This document shows positions 1-13,029 of a stretch of DNA of 64,000 nucleotides, piece after piece (position 1 is the first letter of the stretch; each line of letters opens with the position of its first letter). The notes beneath the pieces were generated by a model, which was given only the letters and a program-made list of their open reading frames with translations, made no database searches and was not told where the DNA came from. This DNA is from Lama guanicoe (Eukaryota), in NCBI GenBank assembly GCA_013239625.1, contig MU054212.1, forward strand, positions 6,608,270 to 6,672,269, written 5' to 3'. A program made the translations under genes and the position numbers.

Positions 1-428
1 GCTCATCCCATGAGATCTGCCCACAGCATCTAGCACATAGATCAGCCCCTCCTTCACTTGTGTCCTTCCAGGAGACCATGCTCCCTGGACCCTCCTTCCA
101 CCTGAGTGGCTGTTCTCTGGTTTGACTCGTGGCCAGTTGCTTCTCGTCAACTCAGTCTGTAAATGTTGGCATGCCCCGAGAGCTCGGCCTTTAAATACCC
201 TCTCACCTCCATCCACAATCCCTGTCTTAATGATCTTCCAGCCACATGACTTTAAAAACATCAACAGAGCTCCACTTGGGTATCATATGGACTCTCCAAC
301 ATAACATGCCTCCAAACCAGCCCCTGGCTTTCCCCTCCAAACTTCTACCCAAGTCAGGGTCAACTCTATGCTTCCACTTGCTCAGGACAAAAGCCTGAGG
401 GGCATCCTTGACTCTTTTCTCTCTCTTA
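1..428 (+). mobile_element. L2 fragment
   Basis: TTGCTCAGGACAAAAGCCTGAGGGGCATCCTTGACTCTTTTCTCTCTC and pyrimidine-rich L2-type sequence. Confidence 0.7.
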
Positions 429-519
429 TATTAAACTTGATGAAAATAAGTTATTCATTTCTCATGGGATAAAAGATATCCTCTTAGACTTTTTCTTTGC
501 CTACTCACAAATAAATAAA

Positions 520-812
520 AATAGATTATGATATTTATGCTTTTCTAATCTGCTCTTTTCACCTGTAAATACATGGTACGGTAATTTCATTTTCAATAAA
601 TGGAGATTTTCATTACTAGTTTTTAATAGTGGTATGCTATTTTTCAGTAAGGATAAACTAAAACTTACTCAACAATCCTTAATTGTCAAACACCTGAGTT
701 TTATTCTAATTAATTGCTCTTTTAAACAACACTGAGGAGAACACCTTTGAACATGTGAATGATTATTTCCTTAGAACAAATTCTTAGAAGTGGGGCTGCT
801 GGAGTCAGGACC
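520..812 (-). mobile_element. Degenerate L1ME-like fragment
   Basis: ATTATTTCCTTAGAACAAATTCTTAGAAGTGGGGCTGCTGGAGTCA resembles antisense L1ME. Confidence 0.55.
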
Positions 813-2130
813 ATTGTATTTCCTAAAAATCTCTCTCTTATGTAATTTACATATATTTGTATAAAAATATATATATAATTTTCCAGATTCCCAGATGAGT
901 GTGATATACCAATATATATTGATAAAAAGTATGTAACAAATCAACTATTGATAATTTAGTAATGCTCTTTTACTAATTACCTTTGAGTTGCAGTTGTGAA
1001 TCCAGTGTATGCAGAAGATGTTATATATTTGGTTTAAAGAGAATCTGCCTTGTGGCTGTAGTACATTCAAGGTTCTTGTAGTTCCATGGATCCTTCATAC
1101 TGGCAACCATAGCTTTGGTTGATGATGATTTAGAGAAGCAATTCACTTAGCATCTGATCACCAATGGAACCTATCTCCTCTTCCATCCAAGTTGCTCACT
1201 TCTTGACATAACAAAGTATTACAGTAGTAATAGTAATTCTGCTACTAAGCAGGCAAGTAAAAAGTTCTCATTGAAGTTCTCATACGTAGTCAGAATAAAG
1301 TAGGATTTTAACTGTGGGCTATTTAACTTCCCCAGGCTGAAGCTTTTTATGTGCAGTGAGGCTTCCCTCTGGAATTCGTGGTAACCACTTCAGCGTTCCT
1401 TGGGCACTTGGAGAAATGTTGAAGGAAGAAGTCTGCTGAGTACCATGCCTGCCGACGCCCGAGGCTCAAGCGCCATTCTTGGACTTGTGCTGCAATTCTT
1501 AACTCAGCCAGTAGATGGCGTAAATTGTTCTTTGCTTGCCCCCCAGAAAACGCATCAAGAACTATGCTCAGCCATGGGGCTCTAAGCAAGGCCCACAAAA
1601 ACAAAGAGGAAAGCCACCACAGTAAGACGAGATCTGGAGGATCGCTTTGAAATTCTGATGTTCTTTTTTTTTTTTTTTCCCCTGATGCAGACCATGCTGA
1701 GCTAGAGAATAATATCAACGTTATTTTCTTTACTCCATTTCTCCTAAGTAATTCCAAATATCCAAGCTGGACAAAATCTATCTCTGATTCTCCAGCTATT
1801 CATGGTAACCTACTTTTGAACTTCATACTTCAGTGCTGAAGGCAATATAAATAGTTTATTTTCTCTTTCAGAAACTCATATAAACAAATACTTAGCGGAG
1901 ACATTCTATGCTAATACTGTTAAAGACAGATTTTTACAATAGGCCCGATTTTCCAGTAACTGAAAAGATCTGCAGATAAGTCTTGCAGTGTTCATGTGGC
2001 AGAGATGCAATAAAATAGAATTTATTGCTGCCCTTTCCTTATAAGCAACTCTGATCCATGCATCAACATAAACTTGCATTTCTCTTTATGTGTACACAGG
2101 GTTGGGAAAATGATTTTGGCTTTCTTTGAA

Positions 2131-2616
2131 TGGTAAAAGGCTTTAAATTAAGAAGCAAACACTTTAGAGACGCTGAAAGAATAAATAATGTCCTCTTTCT
2201 TACCCGAAATTTCTCTCTCAGGTATTTACAAATACACAGGCATTTAATTCTGTATGACTTTTTTTTTTAGTAGTTTCAATTAATCTTTTGTTCATTATTG
2301 AATTCACTTTTAAAACAGTAAACTGCTTTCAGTTAAGAAGCAAACATTTTAGTGAAGAAGTTGAAATGATAAAAAAAAAGTCCTTTTCCTTATCTTTTTT
2401 TTTTTACTTTATTAATTTTGGGGGGTAATTAGATTTATTTATTTTAATGGAGATACTGGGGATTGAACCCAGGACCTCATGCATGCTAAGCACATGCTTT
2501 ATCACTGAGCTACACCCTCCCCTGTCCTCTTCCTTATCTTAAAGTGTTCCCCCAGATTTTACAAGTAACACATGATTTTAAACTATGATGATCCTTTTTG
2601 GATTAAGTAGTTTCAA
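2131..2616. repeat. Diverged tandem duplication (period about 185 bp), second copy split by the SINE
   Basis: TTAAGAAGCAAACA, GTCCT(C/T)TT, TTTACAA and AGTAGTTTCAA occur twice in the same order. Confidence 0.75.
2397..2522 (-). mobile_element. tRNA-derived SINE, camelid type
   Basis: Minus strand GGGGAGGGTGTAGCTCAGTGATAAAGCATGTGCTTAGCATGCATGAGGTCCTGGGTTCAATCCCCAG (Pol III A and B boxes) with an A-rich tail. 17-bp TSD GTCCT(T/C)TTCCTTATCTT at 2380-2396 and 2524-2540. Confidence 0.9.
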
Positions 2617-4089
2617 CCTGTTTTCTACTCTTTCTTGTCATATTAACCTGGGTCCTATATGAATCATAGCGCCTCATCTCAAGTGGCAGTTAACTTTCTG
2701 AATCCTTAATAGTCAAGGATGACTGTAGCAAGTCAATATGATCAGCCCTGTGAGGAAAGTGCTGTTCGAACCAGCGGGGGTCTCTGAGCTGATAAAAACT
2801 GCCCCAAGTTCATTTCCACTGCACGACAATGAGATGAACGAAATGTCTATAGGTGGACCTTCAGTTGGAAAATCTAAAAAGTCAGTGAAATTACCAAAAG
2901 GCCTTAATGGTGCTCTGAAAACAGACACTAATTTTATGTTCTCATTTTTTGAATTACATTCACTTGACATTTAGAAGTAATTTTAACAGAAATTTTTTTA
3001 TTAACTGAGAAACAAGAATTCTTGGACTCTAATGATAAATGATGACTCTACTCTAAAAATATAGGCAACTCATGATTATTCAGTGACCAGTGGTCCGGTT
3101 CATATATTATTCCAGTATTAGTATTTCTTCCGTTAGCTCCTTTCAGCCTGCTCTTTGGTTATTTAGTTCTTCAGAGAGTAGGTGAAGCCAAAAGACAGTG
3201 GTAAATGCAAATAAATTGATCATATATCAGCTACAAAAAACCTTTGATTTTTTTGTGTGTGTCTGTGTGTGTGATGAAGGAATGGGATGATAAGCTTAAA
3301 TTTTTAGAAATTGTGAGGTTTTTCAGTTTGCTTGAATTCTCCCAATCAATTTTATCCCTTTACTCATATAATTAATATTGAGAAATAGGTTGTTTTTTCA
3401 CATTATGTTTTATATCTAGTTTGTGTTTTTAATGCTTTTCAAATATTGCTTTTGTAGATGCAAACCTTTTGCATTACGAGTCTTGCAAGCTTTAGGTTTA
3501 ATTTCTTATCAAACATTATTATTACACATTCTGATCCATCCTGCGTCCTCACCTGCCAGTCTGGGCTGGGTCTGTGAGAGCAAGGAAGACTCAGACTGAG
3601 ACTGAAGTGCCGGTGTCTCCACACTGGCCTTCTTAATTAGTGATGGTCAAGGTATTGGGCCCGTTGCTCCAAAACCTCTCATGCAACAGGTTGTACACAT
3701 GGGCCACAGTAAATGATGTGAACGGACTGCAGAGTTCGGTTCTCTCCGGCCCATTTTTAGTACCTGAAAAAGTGTCTTCAGTTCCTGTCATTGTCACATT
3801 ATGAGCAGTCTTCAGCAAAGAACAATTGGTTACAACTACAGCTGGATGATGAATTTAAGTAAATACACTGAACTGGAATGAAAACACGTGGAAGGGAGAA
3901 GAACAAGGGGAAGAAATTCCTTGTGGTGCCTAAAATGCAGGCGATATGATTCACATTTCCTCATGGGAGCCAGATGATGAACTGCAGAATTAGCTTATGA
4001 TTCAGATGAAGCACTTCTACAAAACAGAGAGCTACTACAAGACTCGAGACTCCCAGCTGTTTTTTCTTTATCTACTCCTGAAAAGTTGG

Positions 4090-5050
4090 TATTCATTCAT
4101 TCCTTCATTCATGCACTCAACAAATACTTATTTATTGAACCCTATTCTATCTACACCAGGCATTGAACACACATAACCCTATTTTCTTAGAGTTGAGTCA
4201 TTTAATTCTCTTTTCACTCCATCTCTTCTTCCTTTTAGATCTCAAAAATGCTGTTTGCTTACATGCAGAGTTTAGAATTTCTAATTCGAGCCTTTCTACT
4301 CTGTCCTATAGACCAATATTTTTCAGTCCTTTCTGGATAACTTCCCTTAAATCTCTCCCAGTCTTTAATTCCGCCTTCCTTTATTGATACAGTCACCAAA
4401 TACTTATTGAACACCTGTAATGGGCCAGGCACAAGGCTGGGTCTGACGGATATGGACACCACAACCCAACACTGAAGACTAAACTTATTCCATCCTTCTC
4501 TAAACTTGCATCTTCTTCTTGGTTTCTTCTTCTGAGCAAAGGCATCAACTCAGTCTAGCCAATCAAGCCAGCCTGTGTCTTACTACCTACTGCCCAGTAT
4601 TGCCAAATGAAGTTTAATTCAGCTTATGAAGTGAGTTTTAATTCTGATATTCTTTCATCGTTTTCATAGCCATTTCTGTAAATCAGGCCCTAATTATCCC
4701 CTGCCTCGGTTACGCAATAAATGGTTACCCTGTCTCCAGCCTCTCCTTTTCCAATTCACCCTAAATTGGCTTTTAAAGCAGTAAAGCTCTAATTATGTCA
4801 TTTCCCTGCTCAAAGATTTTTTGGTGACTCCCCACTGACTACAGAATAAGATCTAAATGGTTTTCCCCTGACCCTTTACACCTGCTCTCAACCCACTTTC
4901 CAGCACTTCGCAACTTTTTGCAGTTTCCTAAGTTTAAAACACAGCGTCACACTCTGCTTTGGCTCATGCTGTTCTCTCTCTGCCTGGAATAGTCAGACTT
5001 GCCATATTTGTCTGTCACTTTCCAGGTCACCAGCGACTTATCCATGCCCC
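4090..5050. mobile_element. Cluster of L2 fragments (both orientations)
   Basis: ATTCATTCATT...CAACAAATACTTATTTATTGAAC and CAAATACTTATTGAACACCT (antisense 3' ends). ATTATGTCATTTCCCTGCTCAAA...CATGCTGTTCTCTCTCTGCCTGGAAT (sense). Confidence 0.7.
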
Positions 5051-5495
5051 TTCCATGAAGTAGGCAGGGATCGCGTCCCAGAATTAAAAACTGAAAGAGC
5101 CAAGGCTCTGAACATGTAAATGATTTCCTGAGGGTCTTAAGATTAGCAACAGAGGCCAGGAACTAAACACCAGTGGGCACTAGACTGAGGTGGGGAATTT
5201 CCACTGAATGCAATGAATTTGGGACATAGGCTTCCCTCAGTATTTGGTGCCATATGTTTTTACCTAAGAGCTTCTTTTACACAGAAGGCCCATTCTTAAA
5301 TTCCATATATCTTTGGATTTATTATACTTATCAGGATTTTAAAATAATTTGAACATTTTCGTCCACTATGGTAAGCTCCATCCTATTTTTAATCTTGATG
5401 TGTCTTTAAATACACTCACAATATTGGTACAGTCTAGTGTTCATGGACATTCTGTAAAAATAGCGCCTGCTAGTTTCATCAAAATGGATAATATG

Positions 5496-5741
5496 GGGGT
5501 GGGAAGGGATAAATTGGGAGTTTGAGATGTGCAGATACTAACTAACATACATAAAACAGATAAACAACAGGCTTATACTGTATAGCACAGGGAACTATAG
5601 TCACTATCTTGTAGTAACTTACGGTGAAAAAATCTGAAAATGAATATATATATGTTCATGTGTGGCTGAAGCATTGTGCTGTAGGCCAGAAACTGACACA
5701 ACATTGTAAAGTGACTAAACTTCAATAAAAAAAAATAGAAA
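5496..5741 (+). mobile_element. 5'-truncated L1 3' end (artiodactyl/camelid type)
   Basis: GGGAAGGGATAAATTGGGAGTTTGAG...TATAGCACAGGGAACTATA...CTTCAATAAAAAAAA. 15-bp TSD AAAATG(G/T)ATA(A/C)TATG at 5481-5495 and 5742-5756. Confidence 0.9.
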
Positions 5742-6749
5742 AAAATGTATACTATGCTGTGCTGTAGTCTGATGGAAACACACTATTTCCACAGATTTTA
5801 GTGCCTGTTTTGGGCCACTGTGGTAGGCACTTAATAAACAGTCCATTTGAACAGCTTTTCAAAGCTGTCCCACAATTTTTGAACTTGAACTACAAATCAG
5901 ATACGTCTATAACCCACAAGCCCACTATGCAAAGACCAGAATGAGTTGGAATTTCTCTCATCGTTAGCGCCTGTAAGCCCCTGGGTGGGGCCTCACTGTG
6001 TAACACTCTATGTGTATCTCAACTGATTCCATGGAACGCTCATCCAAACCGATCACTATGGGAATAAGATGTGAGGGCAAACTGATTTTGATGTCTGTCA
6101 GTTTATTGATTTCCAGGGTTGCTTAAGCTGCTGTTGTACAGGTACCAGTCACTTCTTCAGTCATATTACATATACTTGACACAGAGGCTGTAAAGATAAA
6201 TAAGGCGCAGTATTTCTTGCTTTCAGCGGAAGAAGGCCGATGTTTAAACCACTACAACACAAACAAAAAAATAAGCTTTCTAAGGAAGGCACAGGCAGGG
6301 CACTGCGACAACGAGAGGAGAAGCCAATTATTTGTCAGCGGTGGGTCGGGAGTTAGCCTGGCGCTTGGGCAGATGGGTATTTAAGCCCCGGTGGGTGTAA
6401 CGTGCGTGCTCCCTTAGCACTCTGCCTACTTTTATCTTGACCTGTCACATCACATAGACCTGATTCATGTATGCTTCCTGTGAAAACTGTGGCGACCTTA
6501 ACAGCAGGGGCCATGTCTTATTTGTATCCCAAATTCCAAGCACAAAGCTTGAAAGAGAGCAAGTGTGGCCCAACTGTGCGTGGAGTTAGAACTAAAGCAT
6601 GTCCCGAGCAGAAGAAAGGGCGTGAGCCACGGTCTCAGCGCCAGAAGGACCACATCTCAGGGATCTGCACGAAGTGTGGAAAAGTTGGAGGGAAGGTGTG
6701 CGGTGGGAGACACAGCATAGAGCGAATCCGGGGAGGCAGGCTTCGCAAG

Positions 6750-7225
6750 CCATGCTGAGCAGCTGGCTCTTGTCTTGTGTGCTTTGGGAGTTCACTGAAG
6801 ATTTTATGCTAGGGGTTGACAGCGTGAATGGGGATGGAGAAATGGGTTAACGTGGATACAGAAGACAAAACTGACAGCACCTGTTGACAGGATGAAGAAG
6901 GGATTGGAGGAGAGGGACAAGTCAGGGGTGACAGTTTGGTTTTCAGGATGAAGATGTCATTCCCTGCAGCAGAGACCAACAAAGACTGAGTTTGAAAGCA
7001 AAATATTGATTTTAATGCCAAGTGGAGATGTTCATGAGGCACCTGGAAAAGCAGTAGTCGGTTTGGGAAGGAAATACAGTTTAGTGGTTAGTCATCAACT
7101 GTTCTGGATGCTGCGCTGCAGGGAGGGTGTTCAGGATGAGAAGAGGGCTCAGGGTGAGTTCTGCCAAATACTAGCACTTATCAAGGAACTCGAAAAAGAA
7201 GCACTGAGGAAGGTACCAGAGAAAG
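6750..7225 (-). mobile_element. L2 fragment
   Basis: Purine-rich antisense L2 pattern (GACAGCACCTGTTGACAGGATG...CCAAGTGGAGATGTTCATGAGGCACCTGG). Confidence 0.55.
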
Positions 7226-9269
7226 TACATTTTTTCATAAATTTTGGAGTATGTTTTGGAGTAAGAAGATGATTTAACCACAGATACAATTTTCACTGAG
7301 ATGAAGGATGTATTAGAGGTCCTAGAAGGATCGAATGGATACTCTCTGGATCAGAAGTCGTTGCCAAATAAAACACTCCATGTTCTTCGTGATTTCAAGA
7401 CCAGCCCCACCCCAAGCTTTCTCACACGGGGTCAGTGTTAATAACTGTCATGACTCTCCTCTTCCTCAAGCGTTTCCGCTTCTCCTCCCTTGGAAGCACA
7501 TGCATTTAAAGATTATCCCCTTCACCTCGGCCTTCGTAAACGGGCCACGGGACAATGGCGGGATGGCACGGTGGCAAGAGGAAAAGTACAGCTGCAGAGA
7601 ACAAAGCGTGTTCTCGGAGGAGAAGGCTCCTTGCGCCCCTGCGGGCCAGGAGCGTGCTGGGGCTCTGAGGCTGGCAATCTCTGAGTTGCTCTAACAGCTA
7701 TACCCCCCAGCCCATGACTCTGGACACTTTACTAACATGAGGATGCAGGGGACAGCAAAAGTGGCCAAGTCACATTTCAAATCCTGCCGAGAGGAAACCT
7801 GGGCATATCTTAGTACAAGTGACTTTTGAACAATGCGGAGGGTTAATCTGAGTGCTTTTTCCAGTTGGCCCTTTGTTTCTGCAGTTCCTCTACCTCGTGG
7901 ATTCAACCAAACGCCGCGGTGCAACACTGTGAGATTTACTACTGAAACATATCCGCACGTAAGAGGGCAGTTTTAGAGAGGGGGGCCCCAGTTGTCTGCC
8001 AGCCCTGATAGCTGGGTACCACGCATCACAAGCACCTGTAAAGTAGGAGGTAAGCGCCTCCTAACGGGAGCCATCTACTTAATGGGTAAAAGGAAGGAAA
8101 AGAACGGCTTTCAAACTGGACTTTTACTGAAGTTAGTAATACTCTTTTAAAATGATGCGTTATTGAAATCTGCATCCCCTGAGCATTTGTTCAGGCTTGA
8201 TGCTCATGAAATTTACACTTTCACCTGTTTCCTGTTTACTTAAGGAAGGGTTCCTCTCCCCCAACTCTGGCACATTCTTTCTAAATGGATAATTAACCAA
8301 ACTCTTCTTTTGGTCTGGTCTTCCTCAGTTACCAGCCTGAAAATCTCGAAAATACTGGGACAGTTAGCTCTCCAGTGGATTCAAGTCTGGGGACGCCTTC
8401 TTTGGATCACAAGCACAGTGCACCTACTAGTCTGATTCACCCATTTAAGATCCACAAATACCCATCTGACCTTGAAAAATAGCGTGACCCTCCCATGGGA
8501 CTGTCCTGGCAGCAGCAATGGCCTTTCCTTCAGCATTTAGTGACCATCAGAGACTCAGCTCAAACCTATGCCATCTCTCAGCCATGTAGCATCTTTTCTT
8601 CACCAGAAACAAGCCTCAAGTCTAATGTGATATGAACAACAATGAGAGAAAAGAGAGAGATGTGACCAAAAGGAACCTGGGAGAATGGAGACTAACGGGA
8701 TAGCAGCAGAGCAGTCTCTGTGCCCAGGGGCTCCCAGAGCCCGCCAGGCATCTATGCTGCGGAGGACAAGGTCTCAGTTCTCACCGCACACGCCACTTGT
8801 GCTATCAGGGGGAGTCAAACCATGAGTTTTCCCTTTGTCACACTCTTGTGTGCAAAGCACAACAGTGCACCATGGAGACGGCTTTCATCGTGGCAGAGAG
8901 GATAATGGGGAAGAAGGAAAGTCATCCATCTTTCAAAAGTCAAATAAACATTCGTGGTCATTCTTACTGTGGAGGACGGGCTTAGGATAATACTGGTTAC
9001 AGGCCTGACCTGTAACTGGTGGGCAGGTGGGTGGCATCCTACACTGTCCCCTTGTTACCTGCCTCCACTCCAAGCTGTTTACTTGGTAGTGGGCCAGTTC
9101 GACCCAGGAGAGAAAAACAAAAAGCAAAAAACAAAAAAACAGCTCGGGTTTTAAGGTGCTTTGGTAAGCCAAACTGGATATTACAGTTCCAAAGAACAGA
9201 AAATGTATCTGTATTTTGACATTTCCCATCACAGAGTTTGGTGTCTAATAAAAAGCAGCATCATGAATA

Positions 9270-9730
9270 GTGACTGCTGGGCACCTTCTGATGGCTCTGC
9301 AGATCCCCCTCCATCCCTGATGACCCTGCTTGGCTCTTCTGGGCACTGGCCATCCTGACCACATCTCGGGGGTCCCTTTCTTCTGGCTTCTGGCTGGATT
9401 TGGTTTCAAAAGACTGAGGGATGGAGGGAGGAGAGAACGGTCAGTCTATTTCTTCCCCTAGCTTCCTTCTCCTGGGTCAGTGTGGGCTGCCTTCCTTGTT
9501 TGAATGAAGTTTCTATTAGATGGTCATCTCAGTACTGCCCTCTGTCTCTGGTTCTGGTAACTTCTTCCTCCCTTTGCCTCTCAGCCCTAGGGGTGGTGGC
9601 AGTGCCGGGCTGCGTTAGCACTGGGGGACAGGGGAGGGGGCGCACTGTTCCTTGAGGTGCTCTTAGTGCTTGCCTACATCTCTCAAAGTAGCTCTCTTAT
9701 AAATAAACATCTTCTCTTTCCTGTGTTTTT
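9270..9730 (+). mobile_element. ERVL solo LTR (LTR33-like)
   Basis: TCTGGCTTCTGGCTGGATTTGG...GGAGGGAGGAGAG...CCCTTTGCCTCTCAGCCCTAGGGGTGGTGGCAG...AATAAAC. Confidence 0.65.
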
Positions 9731-9954
9731 TCACCAAATATGCTTTAGCTTTAATATGGCACCTGTGAGTGCTCACCTCTGCCTTATTTGCAAACAAGGA
9801 ATTTAATTATTTTCCATTTAAAATGGCTGGGGTGAATTAAAAGCTTCTGCTATATACTTTTCTAAATAATCCAGTTGGAAAAAAAATACCATGTTAGAAA
9901 GAGTTCAAATAATGTCAGTTACAGGTCAAAGAACTCTTAATAAGGTTTCATGGA

Positions 9955-11580
9955 ACATGGCTTAATAGAAAGAACACTCAACTAAATTAGGTCAGAAGCC
10001 ATGGGTTTGAGTCACAGATTCATCAATTATTACATGACCTTGACAAGTCACTTAACCGCTCTGAACTTTAGTTTTCTCATATATCAAACGGTGATAATAA
10101 TGCCTGTCCTGTTTATCTCACAGGGTTATAACGGGGGAGCCAATGAATGATAGACTTGAAAATGCTTTCCAGTTGCAAGGACTGGATAGGGACAGAACCC
10201 AGAGTGGTTATGAGGATAAACTTCATCCAATAAATAAAAAAATCAAGTTTCATTATCCTAGAAAGCCCTCAATACAAGTCCATCCTTATCCTTAAAAGTC
10301 ACAGTGACAAGATAAAAGCAGTGCAATGTCAAATTTGAGAGGCAGGCCCTGAAGCCAACTGCTTGGGTTCAAAATTGGCTCCACCATGAACTAGCTTGGA
10401 CACACTCCTGGACCTTAGTCACATCATCAATAAAATGGGGATAATAATAATCTCAACCTCACATTGCTACTGTGAGTATTTAAAGAGATAATCCGTGTAA
10501 AGTGTGGAGCACAGCCTCTCGCACACAGAAGTTCTCCATCTATGTTAGCCTCGGCCAGGAGCTGGAGAGAGAGCCCCTCAAAGGAACAGGGTCGGATGAT
10601 GGTGAAGCATCCAGCTTCTGGAGTCAAAAACTCATGCCTTGGAGTATTAACTCATATCTTTACTGACTGTCAAGTCTGAACAAGTTACTTAGCCTTTCTA
10701 AGCTTTAGCTTTTTAAATATTCATCAGGGTAATTATATCTGCCCTAAAATGGGATCTTGAGGGCACCAAAGAAGATATAGTAATGTGTTTAATCCAATGC
10801 AGGATACATAATTAGTGCTCAATTAAAAACCATCATCACCACTCTGATGTTGCTAAAATCAAAACTCCCCTTCCTTGTGTTTTTTTTTTTTCCCAATCCC
10901 TTACTTCTTTTGCATGTGTAGGCCACAGAGAGGCTGGTCTACCTAAGTATTTCCAAATTCAAAGATAGCTTTAGGATAAGCAGAAAAATCTATAACCACA
11001 TACACTTAAGGGCTGGACATACCTTTGAAAGCCTGACGTTGTCTTAGCATAAGCAGTATGTGACCTCCTGGAGGGCCCCAGAGCTAATAAACCAATATGT
11101 AGCTGCTTTTGGTGCTTGCCTGTGGCCCTGGCACGTGCAAGAGTTAATCCCTTGACTCAGCATTTACCCCGTGTCTGTGGGCCACGTCCTGAGAACCAGG
11201 CAGGGGAGTGGAGGTAATTAACAAGGTGAATATAATGTCTGCCCCATGTTGCTGGCTGAGAGAGAGATTCACTTATGTCCAGAACAGAGTCTGTCTCGAA
11301 GTTAAATGTGAAGGTCACAAAATATTCCCTGAAGGTCATTATGGTTGTGATTTAAGAGCGCCATCTCTGGAACAATACTACCTGAGTTCAAATCTTGGCT
11401 TTGCCTGTTACTCACTGTGTTGGACAAGTTATTCGATCTCTTTGTGCCGTGACTCCTTTTCTATAAAATGGGAGTCACAGTAGAACTTGGATCATTGGAT
11501 TGATTGTTGTGAGGATTAAATGAGTTAATACATTTAAAGAGCTTAGTCAGTCTCATAAACGTTACTTATGATTACCGTGA
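9955..11580. mobile_element. Cluster of at least four MIR SINEs (about 9955-10180, 10310-10550, 10590-10830, 11340-11580)
   Basis: Repeated MIR core: GACCTTGACAAGTCACTTAACCGCTCTGAACTTTAGTTTTCTCAT, TAAAATGGGGATAATAATA, GTTGTGAGGATTAAATGAG. Confidence 0.8.
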
Positions 11581-11646
11581 CAAGTACTGCTTTATTACGA
11601 AGTGGTGTGATCTGTGGATAACATAGACATGTCCTTAGATTAGACT

Positions 11647-11866
11647 CAAGGGTTGGCAAACTATGGCCCGCAGGTCATATCCAGCCGTCTGCCTATTTTT
11701 ATAAATGAAGCTTTACTGGGACGTAGCCTCGCTAATCCATGTATGTAGTGTCCACACTGCTTTCATGCTACAATGGTAGCTGAGTCGTTGTGACGGAGAC
11801 CTGACTGCTACAAAGCCCGAAATATTTATTATCTGGCTCTTTACAGAAAATGTTTGCTGACTCCTG
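11647..11866. mobile_element. hAT-Charlie MITE (MER58A-like)
   Basis: TIRs CAAGGGTTGGCAAAC and GTTTGCTGACTCCTG. Internal AAATATTTATTATCTGGCTCTTTACAGAAAA. Confidence 0.85.
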
Positions 11867-12449
11867 GATAGACAACTACTAGGAACATATTTTTCTCAAA
11901 GAGAAAGTTGGCATAGAAATTATTTATTTTCAGCCCGTGGCTTGGAAAAAAAATTCCCTCTCTGTGAACACAGGTGAAAATTTAAAAATTTTCCAAAGGT
12001 CAATAAAGGTTATTCCATCTAATGAAAGTGCTGGGTAGTGCCTGCCTTCTGGCTTAATCTTGTGCTCAAGCTTTTCAGTTCGGGGCTGAAACCGGCTGGA
12101 GCAAGACATGGAGGAAGATGCCCCAATGCTGGGATTGGCAAATGAACTGGATGTTAGAGATACGCATAAATTACGAGACCCATTGGGGGTTGTTTTCTGA
12201 ATTAGATCTAGAAACCTACTTACGTGTATTTGTGACAAACACAATATAGGATATCAAACCTTCCAAATTTAATAAAAAAATTGAAAGCAAATAACCATTA
12301 CACTTCTCCTTAATTCATCAATGCTCACATCTTTTGATTATCACTCAGGTGGGGAAAATGACTTAGGTTTTTGACAAGAAAACAGATAGAAGAGAATGAC
12401 TTGTCATTTTTTAAAAAAATGAAAGCTCTAACGTGGATGAACCAATTTA

Positions 12450-12965
12450 ATCCTAGGAAGTTTTATGCACACCCAAGAGCAGCGACCGATATTCGGTAAA
12501 GTTAATGATTTCGGTAATGAAAAACTTCAAGCGAATTTATGAATGAACAGGAAACGGAGATCTGAGATTTACCAATACACCCCAGACCGAGGAATACCTT
12601 GGCGTCGTTAGTACAAGATAAATCAGACGATCCAACCGACAACAAAATGCACAGTTTTCCCCTTTTTAAAAAAAACGTATTTTGGCACACAGACCTTACA
12701 ATTATAATTTTTTGCAAGTGAGGAGGTCCACACAGAAAGCAGTGGCAGGAGTTGTAAGGCCCCAGGAAGTGAAACCATCTCTTTCTAAAATAACTATCAC
12801 CTGGAGATAACCCAATACGTACAATTTTCTTTCTTTAATGCTCAGTTAACAACAAAGCGGGTAGAGGAAGTTTCGACAGAAAAACATGCACGTTTAGGAT
12901 ATTCTTATATTCCATTTGTGCAGAGAATACGCCATTTTATTCTTCATAAAATGAGGAAGTCTAGT
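12450..12965. promoter_or_regulatory. Candidate intronic enhancer (ETS-IRF composite plus PU.1-type sites)
   Basis: GGAAGTGAAAC at 12765-12775, GAGGAAGT at 12864-12871 and 12953-12960, locally retained CpGs, no repeat recognised. Confidence 0.4.
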
Positions 12966-13029
12966 CTTGTTCCACTTTTAACTCTTTTTACGATTTGCAC
13001 TATTACGACTCCAGTAATGAGAAACAGAC

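Noticed and set aside
2455..2522. tRNA gene
   Set aside because: It has A/B boxes but also an A-rich tail and a TSD, so it is a tRNA-derived SINE.
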